A stretch of 64,000 nt of DNA from Clostridia bacterium (GTDB lineage: Bacteria; Bacillota; Clostridia; Oscillospirales; Acutalibacteraceae). Below the pieces are notes generated by a model, which made no database searches, was not told where the DNA came from, and worked only from the letters and a program-made list of their open reading frames with translations. A program made the position numbers and the translations under genes. Location of the stretch: contig JAFSIB010000071.1 of assembly GCA_017440005.1 (NCBI GenBank), positions 2,296-66,295 on the forward strand, given 5' to 3'. Shown here in pieces: positions 37,445 to 45,161 of this stretch (within the stretch, counting starts at the first letter, position 1; each line of letters begins with the position of its first letter).

Positions 37445-38524
37445 ATGACAATTGTTGAAATCGCGAAACAGTTTGCGCTGGATCGGGAACCGCTGACGGC
37501 GGAGCCGTACGGATGCGGACATATCAACGATACGTATTGTGTGCAGGCGGCCGATAAGCGCTATATTCTGCAACGGATCAATCACAACATCTTCCCCGAC
37601 GTTAAGGGCTTGATGGGGAATATCCAAAGCGTGACCGAGACCATTCGTGAAAAAGTGGTGGAGGCAGGCGGCGATCCCGAGCGCGAATGCTTGCAGATCA
37701 TCCCCACCAAAGACGGGCAACCGTATTTGGAGTATGAGGGGAATTATTACCGCATGTACGTGTTTGTGGAGCGCACACTCTCGTTGCAGACGGTGGAAAA
37801 CCCTGTGCATTTCTATTATTCGGCGGTGGCGTTCGGTCAGTTCCAACGTCGCCTGGCGGATTTCCCCGCTGACACCCTGTGCGAAGTGATTCCGAATTTC
37901 CACAACACCGCAAGCCGTTACCGCGATTTTGAAGCGGCTGTTGCGGCGGATAAGATGGGTCGTGCCGCTTCGGTGCAAGAGGAGATCGCGTTTGTGCGCG
38001 CCCGCAAAGCCGATACCGAAAAATTGGTGGCGCTTTTGGAAAGCGGCGAGTTGCCGTTGCGCGTCACGCACAACGACACGAAACTCAACAACGTGTTGCT
38101 GGATGATCAGACCGGTAAGCCGATGGCGGTTATTGATCTGGATACCGTGATGCCGGGTTCGGCGTTGTATGATTTTGGTGACAGTATTCGGTTCGGTACC
38201 AATCCCGCCAGTGAAGATGAGCCGGATCTCAGCAAAGTGTACTGCGATGTGGCGTTGTTTGAGGAGTACACCAAAGGATTTTTGGAAGCGTGCGGCGAAA
38301 GTCTGACCGCCAAGGAAAAGGAATTGCTGCCGTTCGGCGGTTATCTGATGACGCTGGAATGCGGTATTCGCTTCTTAACCGATTACTTGAACGGCGATAC
38401 GTATTTCAAGATCCATTACCCCGAGCAAAACTTAAACCGTTGCCATACACAATTCAAGTTGGCGGCAGACATTCAGGAAAAAATGGATGACCTGTGCGCG
38501 ATCGTGAAGAAGTACGACAAATAA
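37445..38524 (+). CDS. N-acetylhexosamine 1-kinase-like anomeric sugar kinase (APH/NahK family)
   Basis: 359 aa. Blocks EPYGCGHINDTY, RVTHNDTKLNNVLLD, IDLDTVMPGSALYDFGDSIRFG and LMTLECGIRFLTDYLNGDTYF match B. longum NahK as I recall it. Confidence 0.8.
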   Translation: MTIVEIAKQFALDREPLTAEPYGCGHINDTYCVQAADKRYILQRINHNIFPDVKGLMGNIQSVTETIREKVVEAGGDPERECLQIIPTKDGQPYLEYEGNYYRMYVFVERTLSLQTVENPVHFYYSAVAFGQFQRRLADFPADTLCEVIPNFHNTASRYRDFEAAVAADKMGRAASVQEEIAFVRARKADTEKLVALLESGELPLRVTHNDTKLNNVLLDDQTGKPMAVIDLDTVMPGSALYDFGDSIRFGTNPASEDEPDLSKVYCDVALFEEYTKGFLEACGESLTAKEKELLPFGGYLMTLECGIRFLTDYLNGDTYFKIHYPEQNLNRCHTQFKLAADIQEKMDDLCAIVKKYDK

Positions 38525-38530
38525 TGCCGA

Positions 38531-38559
38531 ACGACCCCGTCAATACGGGGTCGTTTTTT
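38531..38559 (+). terminator. Intrinsic terminator
   Basis: ACGACCCCG (38531-38539) pairs with CGGGGTCGT (38546-38554), followed by T6. Confidence 0.85.
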
Positions 38560-38570
38560 GTTGGGATAAG

Positions 38571-38599
38571 TTGACAAGTTTTTAATTGTATGGTATAGT
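38571..38599 (+). promoter_or_regulatory. Sigma-A promoter driving the lysine riboswitch leader
   Basis: TTGACA (38571-38576), 17 nt, TGgTATAGT (-10 at 38594-38599). Confidence 0.6.
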
Positions 38600-38605
38600 C
38601 AAAAC

Positions 38606-38821
38606 ACAATCGTCGATAGAGGTGCGGGACACATCAGTAACGCGAAAAACCGTGGGGACGGGCGCGTGAAAGGGTGTTTCGCCGAAGTGTCGGGGACGGT
38701 CCCTGCCGTACCGATGCTGGTTGGCTGCAAAATATGTTGTCAACTGTCACATCTGTGGAGCGCTATCACCCTTTGTGCAAGCAAACGTGATCGCGCTGTC
38801 GGTGTGTGATCACGGTTTTTT
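38606..38821 (+). promoter_or_regulatory. Lysine riboswitch (L-box) with terminator expression platform
   Basis: Conserved L-box blocks in order: GATAGAGGTGCG, AGTA, GGGGACGG, GTGAAAGG, CGCCGAAG, CTGG, ACTGTCAC, GTGGAGCGCTATC. Terminator: 38786-38796 pairs with 38804-38814, followed by T6. Confidence 0.85.
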
Positions 38822-38840
38822 ATTTGTAGGAGGAGTGTTT

Positions 38841-40649
38841 ATGAGAACAACCAGAAAACCCCGCTGGCTGACCGTATCCATCGTGTGTTTGATCGTGTTT
38901 TTGGTCACGACCTTTGCGCTGACGGTATCGGCTGACGGCGAACCCGCAACGGACGTTGCCCCTTCGACGGAGTTGGTGTTTACACTGGACGACGTTGAAT
39001 ATGATCTGTCGGATGGCGAATCCGCGCAGGCTTACGTGGACGGCTATGCCGACAACCTGAACGCAGACCCGCAATTCAAGACTCACTTGGATGCGGCTTT
39101 GGCAACGGTTCGGGAATCTATTGGCCAATACGCGACTGTTTGGGCACTGTTGCCGCCGGTGATCGCCATTGTGTTGGCGCTCATCACCAAAGAAGTGTAT
39201 TCTTCGTTATTTGTCGGTATTTTGGCAGGCGGTCTGATCTATTCAAACTTTAATTTTGAAGGCACGGTCGTGCACGTGATCAGTGATGGCTTTGTTGCCA
39301 GTCTGGCAGATAGCTACAACGTTGGTATTTTGCTGTTCCTTGTTATGCTTGGCGCGTTGGTTGCCATGATGAACAAGGCGGGCGGTTCGGCGGCGTTCGG
39401 CCGTTGGGCAACCAAACACATCAAAAGCCGCATCGGCGCGCAACTGGCAACCATCGCGTTGGGTGTGCTCATCTTTGTGGATGACTATTTCAACTGCCTG
39501 ACCGTGGGTTCGGTTATGCGTCCGGTAACGGATAAGCAGAATATTTCCCGCGCGAAGTTGTCTTATCTGATCGATGCGACGGCGGCGCCTATCTGCATCA
39601 TTGCCCCGATCTCTTCGTGGGCGGCGGCAGTGTCCGGTTTTGCTGCCGGCAGCGGTGCCAAAAACGGTATGGCACTCTTTATCAGTGCAATTCCCTTTAA
39701 CTTCTATGCGTTGCTCACCATCGCCATGATGATCTTTTTGGCGGTGACCCAGACCGATTTCGGTCCGATGAAAAAGCATGAAGACAATGCGAAAAACGGC
39801 GATATCTTCACGGTGGAAACCCAAGAAGCAATCGAAAACATGGAAGGCAACCCGAAAGGCCGCGTGTGGGATCTGGTGGTACCGATCCTGTTCCTGGTCG
39901 TTGCGTGCATTGTCGGTATGATCTATTCCGGCGGTTTCTTTACGGCGGATTCCGACGGATACCGCAACTTTATTACCGCGTTCTCGAATTGTGACGCATC
40001 GGTAGGTCTTGCTTACGGTTCGGTGATTGCGCTGATCTTTGCGGTAATCTATTTCTCACTTCGCCGTGTACTGACGTTTAAAGTGTGCATGGGTTGTGTG
40101 CCGGAAGGCTTCAAACTGATGGTACCTGCCATCATGATCCTCACCTGTGCATGGACGCTCAAAGCGATGACCGATAGCTTGGGTGCCAAGATCTTCATTT
40201 CACAGATCGTGGAAAACTCCGCCGGTTCGTTTGCCTTGTTCCTGCCGGCGATCATCTTCCTGATTGCTGTTGGTCTGTCGTTCGCGACCGGTACGTCTTG
40301 GGGTACGTTTGGTATTCTCATCCCGATTGTGCTCAGTGTGTTCGGTGCCGAGTCCGGTACGATCACGGTGATTGCCATTTCGGCGTGTATGGCCGGTGCG
40401 GTGTGCGGTGACCACTGCTCGCCGATATCCGATACCACCATCATGGCTTCTGCCGGTGCACAGTGCAATCACATTGCGCACGTGTCCACTCAGTTGCCGT
40501 ATGCGTTACTGGTTGCCGGTGTTTCCTTTATCGGTTATATCCTGTGCGGCTTTGTACAGAGTGCATGGGTCGTGTTGCCGATCTGTTTGGTGTTGCTCCT
40601 GGGCGCGATCCTGGTGATCCGCGCGGTGCAGAACAAAAAGGCTGCATAA
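38841..40649 (+). CDS. NhaC-family transporter (candidate lysine transporter) with an N-terminal extracytoplasmic extension
   Basis: GGAGGAG RBS before ATG 38841. Signal/TM segment plus an ~90-aa acidic soluble segment, then an NhaC-like polytopic core. The track start at 38721 would read through the riboswitch. Confidence 0.85.
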   Translation: MRTTRKPRWLTVSIVCLIVFLVTTFALTVSADGEPATDVAPSTELVFTLDDVEYDLSDGESAQAYVDGYADNLNADPQFKTHLDAALATVRESIGQYATVWALLPPVIAIVLALITKEVYSSLFVGILAGGLIYSNFNFEGTVVHVISDGFVASLADSYNVGILLFLVMLGALVAMMNKAGGSAAFGRWATKHIKSRIGAQLATIALGVLIFVDDYFNCLTVGSVMRPVTDKQNISRAKLSYLIDATAAPICIIAPISSWAAAVSGFAAGSGAKNGMALFISAIPFNFYALLTIAMMIFLAVTQTDFGPMKKHEDNAKNGDIFTVETQEAIENMEGNPKGRVWDLVVPILFLVVACIVGMIYSGGFFTADSDGYRNFITAFSNCDASVGLAYGSVIALIFAVIYFSLRRVLTFKVCMGCVPEGFKLMVPAIMILTCAWTLKAMTDSLGAKIFISQIVENSAGSFALFLPAIIFLIAVGLSFATGTSWGTFGILIPIVLSVFGAESGTITVIAISACMAGAVCGDHCSPISDTTIMASAGAQCNHIAHVSTQLPYALLVAGVSFIGYILCGFVQSAWVVLPICLVLLLGAILVIRAVQNKKAA

Positions 40650-40662
40650 TTATACTTAAAAG

Positions 40663-40696
40663 AAACCGTCCCGCCTCAAAAGAGGCGGGACGGTTT
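40663..40696. terminator. Bidirectional intrinsic terminator between convergent genes
   Basis: 15-bp stem: AAACCGTCCCGCCTC (40663-40677) pairs with GAGGCGGGACGGTTT (40682-40696). A-run upstream and T-run downstream. Confidence 0.85.
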
Positions 40697-40703
40697 TTGT
40701 TTA

Positions 40704-41435
40704 TTACCGTTGCCAAATACAAGGAATTTCCCCGCGTAAAGCGGCAAGGATGGTTTCGGGCGCGGCATCCGGCAATTCCAAAAAGGGACCGGCATCCTGA
40801 ATATCTTCCAAGCGATGCGCGTCCGAGTTTTGCAAAAGCGGTTTCCCTTGAATTTCCGGATACTGCGTTTTGAGTGTTTCCACATCGCCGCTTGCCGTGA
40901 TTTCCACAGCGGCAAATCCGAGCGGCGGCAGATCACCGAGTGAGGCGGTGACACTGTAAGACGGGCGGTCAATGTGTGCGGGGAACGCCACACCGCCAAA
41001 GGAACGTGCCAAGGTTGCTACACTGTCCACACTGATGGAGGAAGCGGTGGTGAGCAAAATATCACGCGTGCCGATCACACGGTCTTCGGCATCGCACAGC
41101 AGTTGGTCGCCGAAAATATCGGGACGGTTGGGGATCGGCGGCAACAGCGGCGCCACGTGTTGTTCAAACCGTTCGGCGGCTTCAACCGAGGGGAACAGAC
41201 ACACCACGTGTGCTTCTTCTGCGGTGCACAGTTCCATGCCCGGCAAAAACGTGATGCCGAGTTCCTTGGCGACCGATGCGGCGGCGGCACAGTTGCCGCA
41301 GGTGTTATGATCGGTCAGGGCAATGGCAGACAACCCCGCCAACTGTGCCATGTTGACGAGGTTGTTGGGTGTCATTTCACTGTCACCGCAAGGGGACAGA
41401 CAAGAATGTATATGAAAATCGTAATAAATTTTCAT
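40704..41435 (-). CDS. PHP-domain metal-dependent phosphoesterase
   Basis: MKIYYDFHIHSCLSPCGD N-terminus, ALTDHNT and AHIDRP motifs of the PHP fold. Confidence 0.8.
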   Translation of the reverse strand: MKIYYDFHIHSCLSPCGDSEMTPNNLVNMAQLAGLSAIALTDHNTCGNCAAAASVAKELGITFLPGMELCTAEEAHVVCLFPSVEAAERFEQHVAPLLPPIPNRPDIFGDQLLCDAEDRVIGTRDILLTTASSISVDSVATLARSFGGVAFPAHIDRPSYSVTASLGDLPPLGFAAVEITASGDVETLKTQYPEIQGKPLLQNSDAHRLEDIQDAGPFLELPDAAPETILAALRGEIPCIWQR

Positions 41436-41448
41436 AAAACCCCTTCGA

Positions 41449-41778
41449 TCAAGAAAGTTTTTGTGATAAGGTTACTGCCAATTCATACGCGGAACGGGTA
41501 CTGCGTAAAATGGTGACATCTTCCATCTCGGCGCGTGTTTTTGCCGCATCGTCCAACGCGGCGTTTTCACAAAGCACCAGGCACGCCACGTCTGCCAATA
41601 CGCATACGGCAACGGCGTTGACGTTACCCATTACACTGAACCAGGCGTCGCCCGCTTTGGCGCGGCCCATGACCCAACTGAGCAGGTCACCGCAGTATCC
41701 GCCGGTGACTAAGCGGGTGAGATCACCCGCGGTCAGCACGTCCAGTTCCAAATCGTCGATCAAGTCTTTAACGGTCAT
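41449..41778 (-). CDS. DRTGG-domain protein
   Basis: LVTGGYCGDLLSWVM block typical of DRTGG single-domain proteins. ATG 41778 follows GGGAGGG and overlaps the upstream stop by 11 nt. An alternative start is at 41823. Confidence 0.7.
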   Translation of the reverse strand: MTVKDLIDDLELDVLTAGDLTRLVTGGYCGDLLSWVMGRAKAGDAWFSVMGNVNAVAVCVLADVACLVLCENAALDDAAKTRAEMEDVTILRSTRSAYELAVTLSQKLS

Positions 41779-43018
41779 TGTTACATCCCTCCCGCAGGCG
41801 GAAACAGTCACTTTCTTTGGCAAAACCGCGCACGATATCTTCGGCTAATGCACGGCAGGTGGGAGCGCCGCAGGCACCGCAATCGAGTTGCGGCAGTTTG
41901 GCGCATACGTCATCCACCTGTTGCATCATGCGCATGGCATCACTGATGTTGCCCGCCAGGTGCAATGCGGGATTCTCTTTAAGGGTCTGTGACCAGTTGA
42001 GGGCGCGCAAATCGCCGAAATCTTCAGCGCGGTTACACGACACCGGTAAATATTTGCGCAAGCGGGTGATCCGCGCACGGGCAACGTATCCGTTTTCCGC
42101 TGTGAATACACCGCCGACACAACCGCCTGCACAGGCGCTCAGTTCAATGAAATCCAGATCGGCTAATTTCTCATCTTCCAATTCTTCCAACACACGGATG
42201 ACGTTTTGAATACCGTCTGCCGCCAAGTGGTTTTCGTTGAGAAGGCCCGCGGCTTCCCCACCGATAAAGGACCAACTGGTACCGATCAAACCGGAATTGG
42301 ACAAATGCTCCACCTCTTCCAGATGGTTCATCTCATGTACCAATTTGGGATAAATATCCGCAATGGACAGTACGCCGTTGACGTGCGAGTGCGAATCACC
42401 GATGGGGAAGCGCACGTCGGTTACTTTGGCGGGGCACGGTGAGATGAAGAAAATACCGATCTCATCCGGTGCGTAGCCGGTCTGTGCCATGGCGCGTTGA
42501 CGCGCCAGCGCGGCGGCGACTTCCATAGGTGCTTTCATCGGCAATACGTGATCGCACAGATCCGGAAAACGGATCTGAATAAGCCGCACAACTGCGGGGC
42601 AGGCGGAACTGATGACCGGTTTCTTGAGTAGTCCGTCCGCCATGAGTTTGCGCGTGGCATCGGATACGATCTCCGCGCCGCGCGATACTTCAAACACCTG
42701 GTCAAAGCCGAGCTTAATAAGTCCGGATAACACCACGTCGATATCATCCAGATTATGAAATTGCCCATACAGTGCCGGTGCGGGCAGGGCAATGGTATAA
42801 CGATAATTTTCCAAAGCCGCCAGAGTATCGTGACGGGCTTTTTTGGCATGGTGAGGACAGACGCGGATACATTCGCCGCAATCGATGCAACGGGCATCCG
42901 TGATCACGGCTTTTCCGTCGCGCACGCGGATGGCTTGCGTGGGACACCGCTTCACACAGTGGGTGCAACCCACACATTTATCGCGATCCAACGTAACGGA
43001 ATGTAAAATACGTTCCAT
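41768..43018 (-). CDS. [FeFe]-hydrogenase-like Fe-S protein, putative sensory type (HydS-like, no PAS domain)
   Basis: Two CxxCxxCxxxCP motifs. H-cluster-like motifs SSACPAV, SPCPAK and ELSACAGGCVGG. C-terminal CGACGAPTC-x16-C. Confidence 0.8.
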   Translation of the reverse strand: MERILHSVTLDRDKCVGCTHCVKRCPTQAIRVRDGKAVITDARCIDCGECIRVCPHHAKKARHDTLAALENYRYTIALPAPALYGQFHNLDDIDVVLSGLIKLGFDQVFEVSRGAEIVSDATRKLMADGLLKKPVISSACPAVVRLIQIRFPDLCDHVLPMKAPMEVAAALARQRAMAQTGYAPDEIGIFFISPCPAKVTDVRFPIGDSHSHVNGVLSIADIYPKLVHEMNHLEEVEHLSNSGLIGTSWSFIGGEAAGLLNENHLAADGIQNVIRVLEELEDEKLADLDFIELSACAGGCVGGVFTAENGYVARARITRLRKYLPVSCNRAEDFGDLRALNWSQTLKENPALHLAGNISDAMRMMQQVDDVCAKLPQLDCGACGAPTCRALAEDIVRGFAKESDCFRLREGCNNDR

Positions 43019-43035
43019 ACGAGCACTCCTTGTAA

Positions 43036-43449
43036 TCAGGCAACACGTACCGTCATGGTGATGGTCGTACCTTTGCCGAGTTCGGTGGCAATATCCAACG
43101 AATCGGTATATTTTTTAATGTTCGGAAGACCCATGCCCGCGCCGAATCCCAAATTGCGCACGGTTTCGGGGGCGGTGGAGAAGCCTTCCTGCATGGCTTT
43201 ATCAATATCGGGGATGCCGGGACCGCGGTCGCTGAGCACCATGGTGATGAGATCGGGTTCAACGTCCACATTGATGTCACCGCCGTCTGCGTGGATCACC
43301 ATGTTGATCTCGCCCTCATACATCGCGATGGCGACGCGGCGAATCACTTCCGGCGGAAAACCCAACCGCTTTAACGTGGCTTTGACCGCACCGGAGGCTT
43401 CACCCGCGCGGGTGAAATCGTCCCCGGATACTTCATAATGGTATTTCAC
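43036..43449 (-). CDS. Anti-sigma-factor-type Ser/Thr protein kinase (RsbW/SpoIIAB-like GHKL ATPase)
   Basis: 137 aa. N-box YEGEINMVIHA, G1 DRGPGIPD, G2 GFGAGMGL. GTG start after GAGGTG. Confidence 0.8.
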   Translation of the reverse strand: MKYHYEVSGDDFTRAGEASGAVKATLKRLGFPPEVIRRVAIAMYEGEINMVIHADGGDINVDVEPDLITMVLSDRGPGIPDIDKAMQEGFSTAPETVRNLGFGAGMGLPNIKKYTDSLDIATELGKGTTITMTVRVA

Positions 43450-43460
43450 GTGCGGTCACC

Positions 43461-43808
43461 TCACTGTTTGTCGCCGCCGGTTAAACCGCTTTGATACAAC
43501 AGACCGCAAGCGGTAAACATACGCAACGGTGTTTTCATCAGGACAATACCGAACTCTTCAGCCAAAGCGATCATCTCGGCGGTCGGTTCTTTACCGCGGA
43601 CAAATACGATGCACAACATGTCCATCATTTCCGCGGTGCGTACCACCTGCGTGTTGACCAGACCTGACAACAAAACGGACTGATCTTTCACAAAGGCCAG
43701 CACGTCACTCATCATATCGCTGCCGCAAGCATTGTGCACTTCGGCATCCAGATTGTTGCCGCATACGATCTCGGCTTTCAAAATTTTTTGTACATCTGCA
43801 ATTGTCAT
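43461..43808 (-). CDS. DRTGG-domain protein
   Basis: 115 aa. SDVLAF...VLLSGLVNTQVVRTAEMMD...IVFVRGKEP pattern typical of DRTGG. AAGGTGGGA RBS. Confidence 0.7.
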   Translation of the reverse strand: MTIADVQKILKAEIVCGNNLDAEVHNACGSDMMSDVLAFVKDQSVLLSGLVNTQVVRTAEMMDMLCIVFVRGKEPTAEMIALAEEFGIVLMKTPLRMFTACGLLYQSGLTGGDKQ

Positions 43809-43847
43809 AAACAGTTCCCACCTTATCGTGAATTGGGGTTCAATTTC

Positions 43848-43876
43848 AGTATACTGTATATCCCCGAAATATGCAA
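43848..43876 (-). promoter_or_regulatory. Sigma-A type promoter for the DRTGG-kinase-HydS-like operon
   Basis: On the minus strand: TTGCAT (43876-43871), 17 nt, TATACT (43853-43848). Confidence 0.45.
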
Positions 43877-43919
43877 GAGGACGAATTGTTAAAAGTTTGA
43901 CAAAGGCCGTAAGTTTTGG

Positions 43920-43948
43920 TTGACTATTCGGAAGAATAGGAGTAAAAT
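43920..43948 (+). promoter_or_regulatory. Sigma-A type promoter for serC-serA
   Basis: TTGACT (43920-43925), 17 nt, TAAAAT (43943-43948). Confidence 0.45.
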
Positions 43949-43984
43949 AACAGTAATTCTATTATTCTATTGGAGGAATGAATC

Positions 43985-45070
43985 ATGGCAAGAGTATACA
44001 ATTTTTCGGCCGGCCCTTCCGTGCTGCCGGAAAGCGTTCTGAAACGTGCGGCGGAAGAGATGCTGGATTATCAGGGATCCGGTCAGTCTGTAATGGAGAT
44101 GTCGCATCGATCGAAGGTGTACGATGCCATCATCAAGGAGTGTGAGGCTCTTCTGCGGGAGATCATGAACATTCCGGATAACTATAAAGTGCTGTTTTTG
44201 CAGGGCGGTGCTTCCTCGCAGTTTGCGATGATCCCGCTGAACCTGCTCAACAAGAGCGGCAAAGCCGATTTTATTCTGACCGGTCAATGGGCAACCAAGG
44301 CATACAAAGAAGCCGCCCGTTACGGTGAGGCAAATGTAGTTGCCAGTTCCAAGGATAAGACGTTCTCGTATATCCCCGAGTGGAACGAAGCAGATTTCAC
44401 CAAAGATGCGGATTATTTCCACATCTGCATGAACAACACCATTTACGGCACCAAGTTTACCAAGTTGCCGGAAACCGGTGACGTGCCGCTGGTGGCTGAC
44501 GTTTCGTCCTGCATTTTGTCCGAGCCGATCGACGTATCGCGCTTTGGCATTCTGTATGCCGGTGCACAGAAGAACATGGCACCTGCCGGTCTGACGGTTG
44601 TGATCATCCGTGAAGATCTCATCGGCAATGCGCAGGAGATCACCCCCACCATGTTCAATTATCAGACCCATGCGGATAACGATTCCATGTTCAACACCCC
44701 GCCTTGCTACACCATTTACGTGTGCAAACTGGTGCTGGAGTGGTTGAAAAATGAGATCGGCGGTTTGGAGAAGATGAAAGCCATCAACGAGAAGAAAGCC
44801 GCGATCCTGTATGATTTCCTGGATTCGTCCAAAATGTTCAAGGGCACGGTTGAAAAGAAAGACCGTTCGCTCATGAACGTACCGTTTGTGACGGGTGATG
44901 AGGAATTGGATGCCAAGTTTGTCAAAGAGGCAACGGCCGCCGGTTTTGTGAACCTGAAAGGTCACCGTTCGGTTGGCGGTATGCGCGCTTCGATCTACAA
45001 CGCCATGCCCACGGAAGGTGTGGAGAAACTGGTTGCGTTCATGAAGGCTTTTGAAGAAGCCAACGCATAA
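43985..45070 (+). CDS. serC: Phosphoserine aminotransferase
   Basis: MARVYNFSAGPSVLPESVL, SVMEMSHRSK, and the YAGAQKN PLP-lysine motif. Confidence 0.95.
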   Translation: MARVYNFSAGPSVLPESVLKRAAEEMLDYQGSGQSVMEMSHRSKVYDAIIKECEALLREIMNIPDNYKVLFLQGGASSQFAMIPLNLLNKSGKADFILTGQWATKAYKEAARYGEANVVASSKDKTFSYIPEWNEADFTKDADYFHICMNNTIYGTKFTKLPETGDVPLVADVSSCILSEPIDVSRFGILYAGAQKNMAPAGLTVVIIREDLIGNAQEITPTMFNYQTHADNDSMFNTPPCYTIYVCKLVLEWLKNEIGGLEKMKAINEKKAAILYDFLDSSKMFKGTVEKKDRSLMNVPFVTGDEELDAKFVKEATAAGFVNLKGHRSVGGMRASIYNAMPTEGVEKLVAFMKAFEEANA

Positions 45071-45161
45071 GGTGACACGACCCACTTGAACTTGCCGCAA
45101 AGCGGCTGATTTCGGGTCTTTTCACCCCATTCAATCTCGCAAGGCATAAAGGAGAATTACT

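Noticed and set aside
38721-38840. N-terminal 40-codon extension of the NhaC-family ORF in the supplied track
   Set aside because: The extension would be translated through the lysine riboswitch aptamer and its terminator. A strong GGAGGAG RBS precedes ATG 38841.
43967-45100. 377-aa ORF on the minus strand spanning the whole serC region
   Set aside because: It is antisense to an unmistakable phosphoserine aminotransferase (SAGPSVLPE, YAGAQKN). It has no recognisable motifs, no RBS, and an Arg/His/Gly-rich composition typical of GC-driven antisense ORFs.
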